Source: the human T2T-CHM13v2.0 reference genome, Homo sapiens. From it: DNA of 64,000 nucleotides. The stretch lies in the NCBI RefSeq assembly GCF_009914755.1, contig NC_060931.1, one strand, 5' to 3'. The notes under the pieces were generated by a model. It saw only the letters and a list, made by a program, of their open reading frames with translations. It had not been told where the DNA came from and searched no databases. Within the stretch, counting starts at the first letter, position 1. Each line of letters starts with the position of its first letter. This document shows positions 1 through 12,954 of this stretch, in pieces. The position numbers and the translations under genes were made by a program.

Positions 1-204
1 TTGCACATATTGTACCCTTTGTTGTAGAATTCCCTAAAGTGCTGTGCACATTTCTTTCTTGCAGTTTTCATCTTATGTTGTCATTGCCTTTTCTTGGCTC
101 AACTGGGAACTTTCTTGGGGCCATGACTCTGACCTGTGCACAGCTGTCTTACTGCCTGGCACATTAGAAATATTTATTGAATAAGAGGTGAAATGAAAAG
201 AAAA

Positions 205-536
205 GGCTGCGTGCAGTGGCTCATGCCTGTAATCCCAGCACTTTGGGAGGCTGGGGTGGGAGGATTGCTTGAAGGCCAGGAATTCAAGACCAGCCTGGGC
301 AACATAGTGAGACTGCGCCTCCACCCCCTGCGCCCCCCCCCCAATACACACACACACACACGCACACACACACACACACATTAGTTGGGTGTGATAACCT
401 ACACCTGTAGTCCTAGCTGCTTGGGTTGCTGAAGAGGGAGGATCCCTTGAGCTCATGAGATCAAGGCTGCAATGAGTTATGATCATGCTACTCTACTCCA
501 GCTTGAGTGATAGGGCAAGACCCTGTCTCTAAAAAA
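205..536 (+). mobile_element. AluJ-type SINE; central linker replaced by C10 and (AC)n
   Basis: Left arm GGCTGCGTGCAGTGGCTCATGCCTGTAATCCCAGC; right arm ends GACCCTGTCTCTAAAAAA; C-run at 333-342, (AC)n at 346-380. Confidence 0.93.
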
Positions 537-1043
537 CATTTTTAAAAAGAGAAAATTAAAACTTAGGTAAGTACTGTTTCTTTATTTTGTCTGAGGTAGA
601 ATTTAAAATGTTGAGGTTATGGAAAGTTTATATTAAAATCATACAACATTGATTTAGTAATAAAGCTTTAATGATGTATGTAGAGCAAATATCAATAAAA
701 CAAAATTTGTAATTTTATATTAGTATGTAGGCAATGATTCATATTAAATATGGAAGAGGAGGGAAAAGATCTGGAATAATAATCATAAAACCAATAATAA
801 ATATTTGAGTAAAGATAGAGATGTTGTAGAAATTGTAAAACGTTAAATTTTTCCCTTTTTGTGGTTTCTCTATTTAGATCATGGTAAATGGATATAAGTA
901 TTATCAAAAAATATTGATATAATTTTTTATTTTCTGAATATGATTTTTATTTGTCTTTGGTAGCAAATGTACCACATTAAGGTGGTATTTGGATTATAAT
1001 TTAGGGCTAGTAAACAGGAAGGAATTGCCTTAATCCAAATATA

Positions 1044-1370
1044 CAGTAGTCTTCCCTTATTTGTGGGGATAATTTCCAGGCTCCTCAGTGGATGCCAGAA
1101 ACTGCAGATTGTACCAAACCTTATATACACCATATTTTTTCCTATACATAACTATGATAAACTTTAACTTATAAATTAGGCACAGTAAGAGATTAATAAC
1201 AATGATAGTAGTATGCTATAATAAAAGTTATGTGAATATGCGCTTGGGAACTCTTTCATGCACACACTGTCTTGCTCTCTCTCAAAATATTGTACTATAT
1301 TGAAGGTATGTACTGTACTGTGGGTAACTGAAAACATGGAAATTGAAACTGTGGATAAGGGGGGACTATC
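1044..1370 (+). mobile_element. MER44A-like Tigger MITE
   Basis: TA|CAGTAGTCTTCCCTTAT start and GGATAAGGGGGGACTA end form terminal inverted repeats; body resembles MER44. Confidence 0.85.
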
Positions 1371-1470
1371 CATTTACCTCACTTAGTAAATATTTGAGTG
1401 CCTACTGTGAGCCAGACACTGTGTTAGGTGCTGGGATTATAAGCAAGATATACATGATCTGAAAGATAAA
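1371..1470 (-). mobile_element. L2 3' end fragment
   Basis: TATTTGAGTGCCTACTGTGAGCCAGACACTGTGTTAGGTGCTGGG matches the reverse complement of the L2 terminus. Confidence 0.7.
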
Positions 1471-1569
1471 CTATGTCCATTATTTGCAAAAACAAGTTAC
1501 ATGTGAGTGTTCTTTGCTGTCTGTAGATAACAAATATGTGTATAGTGATTTACTGCTCATAGAGCTCTT

Positions 1570-1735
1570 TTGTGCGTCTTATTGCCTTTAATTCCACGTA
1601 ACAAGCTGAGGGAAACAGAGACTGAGAGTAATTTGTAGAAAGTGACATTGCTGTGTGATAGAGAAAGTAAACTTGAACCCAGGATAGGCTCCAATTCCAA
1701 ATCCCATGCCATTTTCTTACACCATACTGCACTAC
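1570..1735 (-). mobile_element. MIR fragment
   Basis: GGAAACAGAGACTGAGAG...CTTGAACCCAGG...TCCAAATCCCATGCC MIR core-like. Confidence 0.6.
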
Positions 1736-2429
1736 ATCCATGGGCGATTGTGGAATACCTTACAGAATCATATCAAGTTTTTAAGAACATGGTTTGAAAA
1801 TCACTTTTTTTTTGTATTTATAACACAAATGCTTAATAATTTTTGAGCGTTGGGGATGAGCACAACCTAACTTATATCCATTATATTACTATTGCGCCTC
1901 TGACACTTTAAAACATTAAAAACCTGGTTTTACCCTTAATGTTTTCTGGAATTGTATTTTTTTAAATTAGCAGTAAAGGGAAGGTATGTATTTTTTGAAA
2001 TTTCTTCGGATTCTTTCTGCCTTTTGCAATTTCCTTGCTATCTTGATGAAATACAAAGGGTGAAATTCTTATAGCTAGAAGGAACTTTAGAGAAAGAAAT
2101 ATATTATTGGAATTACAGCACATAAATAAAATACAGTTCTCATAATTCACCTCGGTTTAAATTATTCTTTGTATCTGCTTCTGCAGAAAGTTTTCATTTA
2201 GGCAACAGTCATTGATATTGACAGTGTCAGTTGATAAAAATGAATGTAACTGTGGTTTATTAAATGCAATGTGATGTATGAATGTAAGGTGGTATTACTA
2301 TAGTCCTCCACTTGGACAGAGAGTGAGAGGGGACAGTCCATTGCCACTGGTATTGATGTCCTAAAGTGTGTGCCATGAACCTTATGCTCTTTATTAGGAA
2401 GGCTACTCTGGCTTGTTTACTCTTGGATT

Positions 2430-2913
2430 TGACAAAGACTGTTTCCTTGACAGAACTTCAGTTAGGTTCCTCTGAGCCCTCTTCTCAACGTGGGGTCAAC
2501 CTTGAGTTTCTGTGTTTGTCCTTGCTAAGTCCAGCTTTAGCAAGAATCCTGCTGTGTCGGTTTAATCAGAATCCACCCTCCCCTTTATACCTGATCACCC
2601 TGATCAGATGTGGATCTGATCAAGTTCCACATCCCCCACCTTTGATCTGTAAGTCCTTGACCTGCCTTTAGAAACAATCCTGTTAGGTTAGTTTAATAAG
2701 AATCCCCCTACTCTTAATGTGTTTCCTCTTAGTACTTTTCCATCCACCATCCTCTTACTTTGCTTCTTGGCTATAAATCCCAAATGTCTTAGCTTAATAT
2801 GAAGTTGAGCCCAGCTTCTCTCCCCTATTGGAATATCTCCATTGTTGTGGTCTCGAATAAAATCTTCCTTACCATTTTTAACATGTTTTGAGAATGACTT
2901 TTTTTCTTTAACA
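2430..2913 (+). mobile_element. MER31-family solo LTR (ERV1)
   Basis: TGACAAAGACT...TTTAACA termini; 4-bp TSD GATT (2426-2429 and 2914-2917); TATAAA and AATAAA inside. Confidence 0.85.
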
Positions 2914-3456
2914 GATTCTCAGCAGCAAAAGCAATTCAAGTAATCAAGTCTACGATTGGGTATAGAGGTTAAGGTCTCTATGGCCTAAAGGTAAAAGAAG
3001 GGGATATCAGCCATATTCAAATATGTAATGTTTAAATAAGCTATGAAGGATAGCAACCTTGGGTAAGATAAGATGTGTGTAAGATGTAGTCCACAGCAAA
3101 CTGAAAAGCGTGGCCATAAATTCTAGGAGTGAGATTAATTTAAATAAAATGCTGATAATAAATACCAATATTACCAACCTATGGACCATTTCTCCTTGAA
3201 GGAGGATGCAAAAACATTTAAAATCAAGCTGGAATAAGCAAAATAAGAATTTAGGTAAGAATGGAGTTCTTGTTGAGCTCCTAGATTTCTAGATGCACAC
3301 CTGGTGACACTTTTTTTTTGTCCTCTCAATAATTATGGAAAGCCAGGACCATTAATTATTTTTCACTTTTAGATGATAAACCTGTGGTTAAAAATGGTCA
3401 AATAATTTATTTGAAGTCAACTAGAACTTAAACCTGACTCCAAAACTTGTAAAATA

Positions 3457-4058
3457 ATGGTGGTGGTAATGATGAAGGAGAAGGGGAACTGGGGAGAAGT
3501 TAGTGGTGATGTTGGAGGTGTTGATGGTGTAATAGATGATGATGGTGGTGGCGACGGTAGCCATGGTAGAGATGTTGGTGGTGATAATGGAGGTGGTGGT
3601 GCTGGTAGTGGAGGAGGTGGTAGTGATGATGGAGGTCATGTTAGGGTGATGGTGATGATGGAGGTATTGGTGGTGATGATGGGTGGGGAGGGAATGATGT
3701 TGGTGGGGTGGGACTGGTGATCGTGGGGGTCATGGTAGGGTGGTAGTGATGATGGAGGTATTGGTGGGGATGATAGAGCTGGGGATGGGGTGGTGATGGT
3801 GGGGTGGATTGGTGATGGTGGAGGTGATGGTGGTGATGATGGAGAGATTGGTAGTGATGATGGAGGTGGAGAGAGGTTGGTGATGGTGGAGTGGGATTGG
3901 TGATGGTAGAGATGATGGTGATGATGATGATGGAGGTCACAGTAGGGTGGTAAGGATGATGGAGGGATTGGTAGTGATGATGGAGTTGAGGAGGGGGCGG
4001 TGATGGTGAAGATGCTGATGGTAATGATGGAGGTGATGGTGTTATGGTGGTGGCAGCT
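3457..4058 (+). repeat. Degenerate (TGG/TGA)n low-complexity tract, about 600 bp
   Basis: Continuous TGG/TGA/GGA triplets with almost no C on the + strand. Confidence 0.95.
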
Positions 4059-4230
4059 GCCACTTACTTAGGATTTCTTTTGTCCTAACCTCTGGGATGA
4101 TCTAATTTCACCTACACCTCTGCATCCATAATTTACTACATGCCTATTAAGTGGCAGAGCTTGGATTTGAACCTAAGTTTGTCTGACACCAAAGTCCACA
4201 TACTTCACAGGAATGTTGCGTTGCTTCTCA
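4059..4230 (-). mobile_element. MIR fragment
   Basis: AAGTGGCAGAGCTTGGATTTGAACCTAAGTTTGTCTGACACCAAAG. Confidence 0.7.
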
Positions 4231-7200
4231 CGTTATTTCCAGTCCACCATATGTGAATTCTGTGTATTTTCACAGAATAATGACACCTGTATTCTGGTAC
4301 TGTGGGACTAGTATAAGATGGTCAAACTGCTATCAATGATTCTATTCTCTTTGCATATTTCAGTATCCAACAATTTATTTATAAGACCAAAAGACCTTTC
4401 TGAACTATCATAGGTAGCCTGTGTTAGGACCATCTTATATAAACAATTTTCTCTTGCTGGAACTATCTGGAGTGACTGCATAAAAAAAGAAGTATAATCA
4501 AAATCGGATAAACCTCCCAGTAGGTTAGTCAATAGATAAATCACCATTGTTCTTACTTATAGGCTGTACCTCTGTGTTGTTCATAAGGGATTGTACAGTA
4601 ACCAGCAAATTTGTAAATGTTTAGCTAAAATTCAATAACAGAATGATCAAGTTTTATTGCCACTTTATTGAGGCTTTGTTTTCCGTTAGAAAGCTACCAT
4701 TTGATAGTCTACTAAAAATGCCAGAATTTAGCTGTATTAGGTTTATTCTTAATTCATTGCCATTATGGAATGTTCCTATAGCACAAGTGACAGGAGAAAT
4801 CCATGTATAAATGTCTGTGCTACATGCTATAAGCACAGTGATTCCCACCTCCACCCTCCATCTTCTCAAAGCAATCATGTGAAGTATCACCAGCTATGAG
4901 AGACAGAATATGCTGGAGGCTAAATTTCTTTATCTTTAAAATGTTTCCAAAAATGGCCAGAGGAGTTGATTTGCTTTTGTTTCCATGAGTATTTTCGCTA
5001 TTACCTTTAGAGATCACTAACTCAGAGCAGTTCATATGACTTTCTGCTGCCATCATCCTGACCCCTGCCTAAACTTTTCTTACTGTGGAAAATATTAACA
5101 ATTGACCTTATTCAGACATTTGGCAGGCTGTGGTCATTATTAATTCCTTCTTGCTTTTCTACATATTTTAATTGCCCTCGGGATCTGGTATTCTGAAGAA
5201 TGCTACTATTGGCCAGCTTGATAAGTTTGGGAAATACTCTCCTCTTCATAGCTCTGAGTTAGTTAGCCTTATAGGACTAGTAATGAGAGTTGAATGAAAG
5301 AACTAGAAATTACTAGATCTTTCTTATAAGGGAAAGCTCTTCTTAGCTAACATTTTAAAATAATTTTGCATTTTTTTGTTTTTCAATAGTTAGGCTATCT
5401 GTATGATGTTCTTAAGAGAATATTCAGAATTATTAGCTTGATTTTACCAATAAAGATTAGAGACTGAGTATACAGATTTGCTGGGAGTCTCTTTTTCATG
5501 CTAAGAAATGAAGTTATATTTTACCCAGGCCTCCCTGCTTATCATCTTTTCATTTTTTCCCTTCCTCCAGACAGCCCATCCTGCTGAGCCAATACACAGT
5601 TTTGAAATGGTTTTATGTCTATGAGCACCACATGGTTAGTCTGCAGGAATCATAATAATGTCTTGGACATGTGTTTCAAGATAGCTCAGCCTTCTTATCA
5701 AGACTTATATCTCACAGGATATCAGAGGAGGGAGGGAATAAAGCATTATATTAGGGAAAAAAGCATTACATTAGGGAAATTAAGAGTTTTGTGCAGGGTT
5801 ATCAAATGAACGTTAATATTGAGGAATGTATATCTGTGTGTGTGATTTTTTTTCTCCACCTGTGGCTCTGCTGCGTGCATTCACATTGTGCATGCGTGGG
5901 CATCTCTCTGCTGCCTTATTTTATCTGATTTATTTTTTACAACACAATCATTTAATTTGACTCACCTGAGGGGTTATTTCATTATCAGCATGTTGTCCAC
6001 TTCTATGTTAGGTCTATTTTGATTGAAACCTTGGATTTTTCCCTTCAGGATTGTGTGTTGGGGTGGGGGCATACTGGGGATGACAGAGGGAGAAAGAAAG
6101 ATTTTTATTTTTCCTTCTAATAAATGTTCATTGAGAAAGTTATAGAATATGGAGAAAATGAAATTTATAACTCTCCTGCGCAGAAATACTGTTAGCTGTG
6201 AGTTTCTTTTCTATATATGCTTATATAGTTGAGATTATGCATGTATACAGTTCTGCATCTTAGCTTTAAAAATAATGTCACATCTTGATAATTTCCCAGT
6301 CATTAAAATTATTTGAAGATATCATTGATGTATCACCTTATTTTATATTCTATTTGAATAATACATCCAAGGTCACCAAAAGATGACAGTGAAATGTATT
6401 GTTTGTAATCTACATTAGCATCAGTAAATATGGACCATTTAAATTGTGTTAAGTCAACCTCTCTGATCTTATTTTATTAAAGTTTAGGATAGGCACTACA
6501 TTGGATGGGACTGTGATCTTAAGAGTCTCTTAAGAGGCTATAGTTACAGAGGCTAACTATCTTTGGTTTACTTAACTTTGGCCGCTTTTTTAATCCATAT
6601 ACTATACCCCAAATTATGGTCAGCCATCTTAAAAGTATCCATCTTTTGTATCAAAAGGAATTTAGCAAATAGATGTATGTAGATTAGTGCAAACTCATTC
6701 TCACTTTTGTAAAAAATAGTTAAACTTGATGTCTTACATCTGTAGACTCATTTTTGGATACAAAGTCTTAAATAGTTTGTGTTAGTCAAATATAAAGAAG
6801 TTGAAGCATCTTTGTATATTCTGTAGATCATAGATCCTCATTGAATCATTTTACTATAGTGTAGTCTTTAATAGTTTGTAATGTCATTAGAAGTAAACTC
6901 AATAATTCTTATTACTATAGAATAAACATGCTATTAATAAGAATAGAAATATTGTTAGTCATTTATGCGTTGAAAAGACATTTCCATTTCCTGTGCTTTT
7001 CCTGACCTCAGCCAGTACATTAGCACATTCGTACACTGGCAGAATGCTAACTAGATGTTATCACAGATTATGTATCTGTAGATTTAATCTTTTCAGGACT
7101 TAGCATCAGCAAAAGTAGGACAGTTTTTTTTTAGTCTTTGTATTCCATCTAAACATGTATTGACATTCTCAAGAAAGTCATTTGAACAAAAATCCCAACA

Positions 7201-7734
7201 TCAAATACTCCAGAGAAGGCATCTCCAGGTGCAAATTATGATCAGATTATGGGAGATTTATCTTCAAGGTCACAAAAGTATGCTAGCTTTGGGGGAAGCT
7301 GTGTCATAGTGTCAAGTGGAACATGCTTGTTTATTTGGTACTCACGCAGTGTTGTTTATACTGAAATACTTGAATGTATGTGCTCACCTGCTGTTTTTCT
7401 TCTGCCTTTTAAAAGTCTTGGAGTACATCATTATAACAAAGCAATTTTTTTTTGATTTTGCATTGCAAGTTTTTGTTTCTCTCTAATAATGCAGTTTACT
7501 TCTAAGTGTGGCTTTGATAGGAAGATGTCAGACCTTCGAGTGGATCACTAAATAATAATCACTTGTCTATCAGTGAGCTTGTTATAAGGTGTGTTGCTTT
7601 TGATGGGCTATTACCTGACTGCTGGGTCAAAGTTAGTCTTGCTCTGTATTGGGCAATCTAAATTTAAGCCTTGAAGAGTGTCCAGATTGTACAGAATTTC
7701 TGATTTGTATCTGGTCAATACTGTCAGAATTCAG

Positions 7735-7760
7735 TTTTTTTTTTTTTTTTTTTTTTTTTT
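7735..7760 (+). repeat. T26 homopolymer
   Basis: Direct read. Confidence 0.95.
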
Positions 7761-8023
7761 GCCAGTATTTGGTTGATGGGCATTAGTTAGCTGATAAAAG
7801 TGGTATGTTGTGGTGGGGCATTGTGGGAGATTAGACATACTTTTATTGGAATATATTTGGGTATTTTAATATTCCCATCTTTATTTGGGATAATGTCCAA
7901 TTATTTTTTTCACTTTCAGGTATAAAGTGTTGTGTTTTTCTTCAGCATTTGTCTAATGGTAGCCCAGCTCTGCAACCACACAATTAATCCCAAACCGCCA
8001 TGAAAAATCAAATATTCTTTTTA

Positions 8024-8140
8024 GCTGTGGTCCCAATTATGCTGGAGACTGAGGCAGGAGAATTGCTTGAGTCTAGTTGAGTCCAGCCTGGGCAACATAG
8101 TGAGACTCTATCTCTAAAAAAATCAGAACAAAACAAAAGA
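8024..8140 (+). mobile_element. Monomeric Alu (FLAM/FAM-like) fragment
   Basis: GAGGCAGGAGAATTGCTTGAG...CAGCCTGGGCAACATAGTGAGACTCTATCTCT followed by an A-rich tail. Confidence 0.85.
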
Positions 8141-9204
8141 ACAGGACCGGGTCATAAGCCTAATTCATGTGACACCATCAAGCATCAGAAAAAAGTAGTA
8201 ATCATAGAGAAGTTTTTCATAAATAAATTCTGAATCATATTAAAATTTAATGGGAGAAATGAAGTTTGAGGTTTTCTTTTTTTCCCATGAAAATAAAATT
8301 CAGAAGATGTTTACAATTACTCTGCTATCTTTCTCAAAATAGTGGTTTAATGGCAAACCTCTCGGAAGGACTCTGTATCTTTCTTAGAGGTGCTGAAGGC
8401 ATTGCTGGTGCTCAGTTCATGTTTAATAATAATGTTATTCTGGATTGAAGTGTGGCTAGTATACCAGGGTTAATGCTGGTGCTTTAAGGAGAAGGGTGAT
8501 TGGCATTTTAATCAGTGGAAATGTTCAGAACCTTTGTCTGAACGACTGTATTTCCAGCTGTTCAGATTTCTCAGTTCTGGTTCAGTACCAATTCAAAGCG
8601 GAGAGCTCCATCTACTGAAGACCTATTTCGGAATGATTTCTTCTGTTGAGTTCAGTGATTTTCTGTTTGCACAGGTCATTGAATTTTTTTCTGATTTATG
8701 AGCTCCAATGAAGGTTATGATGAAACTGGCAATTTGGTCATTTCAAAACCAAATTCCTTGTCATTTTGCTTAGTGCCTAAATCCAAAGGACTTACCAGGG
8801 GGCATTCTTAATTAACTGTATTTAATAGTCAGGTTTTCTTGGGACCAATGTAGATAGTAAGACTGCTCTTAAGAAACTGTTGCTATAGATGGTCTTTCTT
8901 TAGTCTTCCGTAGCTGAATCCCCTTTCATAGACTCACATTGGGATTTTATTGACGATGTCATAGAACTGCAGTGACTTTGGTGTCAAATTTAGGCTTGAC
9001 TTTCAGTCTTGCTACTTTGGATGGCTCAAGTGATGGAAGTGCAAGTGACTCAATTTTTATAAACCTCAGATTCCTTTTGGGGACTTATAGCCATGTTTAA
9101 TCAGTCTGGACTTTGCTGGAAGCGCAGAAGAATCTTCGAAGGGTTTTAAATAGGAGATCATTCATATTTGCACTATAGGTCAAACCAGAGATTTTGGTAC
9201 CCAG

Positions 9205-9376
9205 AACTTTAGCTGTCACTTCATTTAGAGATTACCAAAGCTGCTGAGAGCTATGTTGTCCAAGATCATATACTTTCCTGGTTTGGCCCATAGTGACTGA
9301 TCAGTGAAGGGGGTATAAAGTCCAGGCCATCTCAGACAGACTCTGAATAACTTTAAAGGGACATACTTTCATGACA
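9205..9376 (+). mobile_element. LTR16-like (ERVL) fragment
   Basis: GCCCATAGTGACTGATCAGTGAAGGGGGTATAAAGTCCAGGCC resembles the LTR16 TATA region. Confidence 0.5.
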
Positions 9377-9399
9377 GTGTAACAGAGAAGACACTTGAA

Positions 9400-11240
9400 G
9401 CAGATATAAAAATCACAAGCCCTAAAAGACTGACTTAAAAAAATACATTAACTTAAAAATCTTAAATATAACAAAAGACATTAAAACAAAACAAAATGAT
9501 AGACCACAGACTGGTTGTATGTATTTGTAACTCTTCTAAGTGGTCAAAGAGAAGTATCCAGGATTTGAAAGAAGTCATACAATTCAATAAGAAAAAGATA
9601 AACAACTCAATGGAAAATGGATAAAGAATATGACTAGGCAATTCACATAGGTGAATGCTTGAATGACCAATTATAAAAGATGCTTAACTTTGCTAATAGG
9701 GAAATGAAAAGTAAAACCCTGGTGAGATTCCATTTTACACCTATTGATTGACAATACCTAATAAGCTTGATAACACCAAGTGTTGGCAAGGATGAGAAGA
9801 AACAGGAACTCTTGTATATTACTGATGAGAATAAATTACTACAATCTTTTAAGCAAGCAATCTAGAAATATCTGGTAAAGTTGAAGATGTCCATATTCTG
9901 CAACTCAGCCATTCTGCCTTTATGTGTTAGCCTAGGAAATTGTCACACATAGAAATAAAAGAGACATGTACAAGGGTGTTCGTTGTAGCACTGTCTACTT
10001 CAAATAGAAAGAAAGCAGAGGAATGCATAAATGTAGGGTGATGTTTCCTCCATACAGTAGAGCAGTTAAAATAAACTAGTTGCACATGTATCCACATGGA
10101 TACATCTCAGAAACATACTAAGGGTAATGTAAACTGTAAAAGAGTATATAATATATGTAATGTAACTATTATATATGTGATATAGTGATTGTCTATATTC
10201 TGTATTATAGATAAACCTTTTTTGAGATATAAGTTTGATACCATACAGTTTACCAATTCAAAGTATACAATTCAATGGCTTTAAACATGTTCACAGAGTT
10301 GTGTATCTGTCACTGCAGTCAATTTTAGAAAATTATCATTACTCCACAAAGAAAGTCCGTTCTCTTAGCCATCAGCCCCCTACCCCCAACCGCTGCCAGC
10401 CTGTCATATTCTCCAGCCCTAGGCAACCACAAATCTACTCTCTGTCTCTATGTATTTGCCTACTGACATTTCATATAAATGAAATCATATAATATGTGGT
10501 CTTTAATGACAGGCTTCTTTCAGTTAGATAATGTTTTTGAGGTTCATCAGTGTTGTAGCATGTATCAGTACTTCTTTTTTTATTGCTGGATAATATTTCA
10601 TTGTATAGATATACCACATTCTGTGTATCCATTCATTAGTTGAACATTTGGGTTGTTTTCACTTTGTAGCTATTATGAATAATGTTGCTATGAGCATTTA
10701 TGTTTAAGTTTTTGTGTAGACATGTGTTTTCATTTCTCTTGGGTATATACCTAGGAGTGGAATTACTGGATTCCTGGTAACCCTATGTTGGAATAGCCAA
10801 ATTGTTTTCTAAAGTGGCTGCATGCTTTTACATTCCCACCAGCAGCATCAGAGGGCTCCAGTTTCTCCATATCCTTGTTGATACTTGTTACTGTTCATCT
10901 TTGATTATAAACATTTTAGTGGGTGTGAGGTAGTATCTCATTGTAGTTTTGATTTGCATTTCTCTGGTGGCTAATGATGTTGATCATCTTTTTCATGTGC
11001 ACATTGACTGTATATAGATTTGTAAAGCATGTAAAACATTGGCATATATTGTTTCTCGATACACACATGTATGATCAAAGTATAAAAAAATGGGAAGAGA
11101 TGGTGAGTGGAGCTTTAGCTATATTTGTGTCATTTTATTTCTTAAATAACAAAGGGCATTAAGCAAATAAGGCAAAATATTAGCATTTGTTAAAATTGTG
11201 GTGCTATATACATAGCTGTTATATTATTTTCTAAAATATA
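9400..11240 (+). mobile_element. Old L1M(E) ORF2 end/3'UTR, interrupted by an antisense L1MB
   Basis: A-rich L1 motifs CAATAAGAAAAAGATAAACAACTCAAT and ACCAAGTGTTGGCAAGGATG; resumes at about 11013. Confidence 0.75.
10213..11012 (-). mobile_element. L1MB-type 3' fragment
   Basis: TTTGAGATATAA...GGGTATATACCTAGGAGTGGAATTACTGG...TTGATTTGCATTTCTCTG; possible TSD TATAGAT (10206-10212 and 11013-11019). Confidence 0.85.
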
Positions 11241-11444
11241 GATATGTATAGTTGTAGTCAACAACCTCAAAATAATAGTTGTTGTAATGAGAGTAGAAAA
11301 TTTTGCCAAGGAACAATTAAAACATAATACAAGTTGCAGAAATGCTTTGGTGCATGCTTACATTTTGTTGAGATCTGACAAACGGGAAGTAAAATTTGGT
11401 CATAAAAGTCTAAGTTGGAGAATCATTTATTAGTACAGATACTA

Positions 11445-11720
11445 AGGAAAGGTTGTCAACCATGTCAGATCACACAGAGAGGGAGCAAATGTAGTTAAAT
11501 AAAAAACAACAAAACTTTATATTTGGCAATTCTTATTAATATCCTCCTAGGATGCAGTTTTCATTTTAGGAGCAAGGTTCAAAATCAAATTGTAGGGAGT
11601 ATACAATATATGCTCTATGAGAAAAAAAGACTGTGGTGTAAAACACATTAAAAAGGTTGTCAGTGAATTGAAGGAGAGAAATAGGGCTTGAAAGGAAAGA
11701 TGGAGCTAAGAAGTTTGCCT
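11445..11720 (-). mobile_element. L2 internal fragment
   Basis: GGTTGTCAACCATGTCAGAT...GAAGGAGAGAAATAGGG, purine-rich antisense L2 pattern. Confidence 0.5.
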
Positions 11721-12954
11721 TGTGCATCAAATTTGGTGTAGTACTTGACCATCACCCATGTGAACAGTTTGAAATTTCAAAGTGGTACCACAGCAACATA
11801 GTTCTGATTTAGATACCTAGAGTGACAAGTTTTTTATTCATACTTTCTCTCTTTCCTCTCTTTTAAAAAGATGTAATTTGCATATAGGGTTGTTTCTCTT
11901 TCTAGCACTCAAAGATCCTTTGAGTAAGGAATAATGGTTTCTATAATAGCACTGCCAACCACAGAATATAGTCAGATGCATAAGTAAATATATCTTGAAA
12001 AAGAACTTTATCCAGCATGGAGAGACTTTGTATGTGGGAAAGCTGTGAAAAACATGGGAAGATGAGACAATGTGTACAAAGTGCCATCAACACTACCTCA
12101 CTCATGATCGGTCAATCTTAGTATTCCCTCATGTCTCCTCCACTATCAGATATTTGAGAAGAAATAATTGAGGAAAACGTTTCAGAACACTCTGAAAGGA
12201 ATGGAGAGAAAGGGCAACAGTACATTTTTTAAAGAAGGATGGATGAATGACTCTCTGCTTGCAGGGAGGGAAGCTAAGCCGATGTTGGAGTAGAGGAGGA
12301 GCTGAAGGAATGCACGGTGAGTGCCCTCCTGTTGGTAGGAAGAGGGCCTGGTGGTGATGAAGGTAGCAATGTGGGATATTACAGGGAAGGAACAACATTT
12401 GGAGCATCTTTGGATGAGTGAAGAAGTGAAAGACAGATGTCTAAATGCATTGTCTAACAACATTGAGGATTCACATGGATTTAGATAGTATGAATGATGA
12501 GGTCTATATGATTATGTGATTTTTATACCTTGGAAGCTGGGAATGAAGAATAGCATACAGGGTGTGTAATAGAAGGGATTTGCAGGGCTGCAAGGAAAGA
12601 TTTGGTGGCGACATGGCAATTTCCTTAATTGTTTGAACAGTTCTTTTATGGTTAAGTAATTCTTTTAATTCTGTTTTATCATAGGACAGAACTTAGGCAC
12701 TAAAGAGTCTAAGAAAGGCAGGTTCCTGCCCAGTCAAAAGAAATCACCAGTAATTAGAGCTATCTAATCATAGAATACACTGTCTTTAGAGATAGGGAGT
12801 TTCCTAACAAGGGAAGGATTCAGAGAGAGGCTAGGATGTGAAGATGGAAGGTCTGACTGCGTGTCAACTGAAACCTTTTTTACACTTAAGGTGTTAAATG
12901 GTTTTGTACTCAGAACATTGATGGGGTAAAAAAATCTCATTTATAATTAAGAGC

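Noticed and set aside
73-486. 137-aa ORF and the other Alu-overlapping ORFs (e.g. 20470, 34141, 36531, 41045, 49463, 60968)
   Set aside because: Typical Alu translations ([15 protein letters not shown]); not genes
3421-4063. His/Pro-rich, Thr-rich and Gly-rich ORFs up to 140 aa
   Set aside because: Artefacts of the stop-poor triplet repeat
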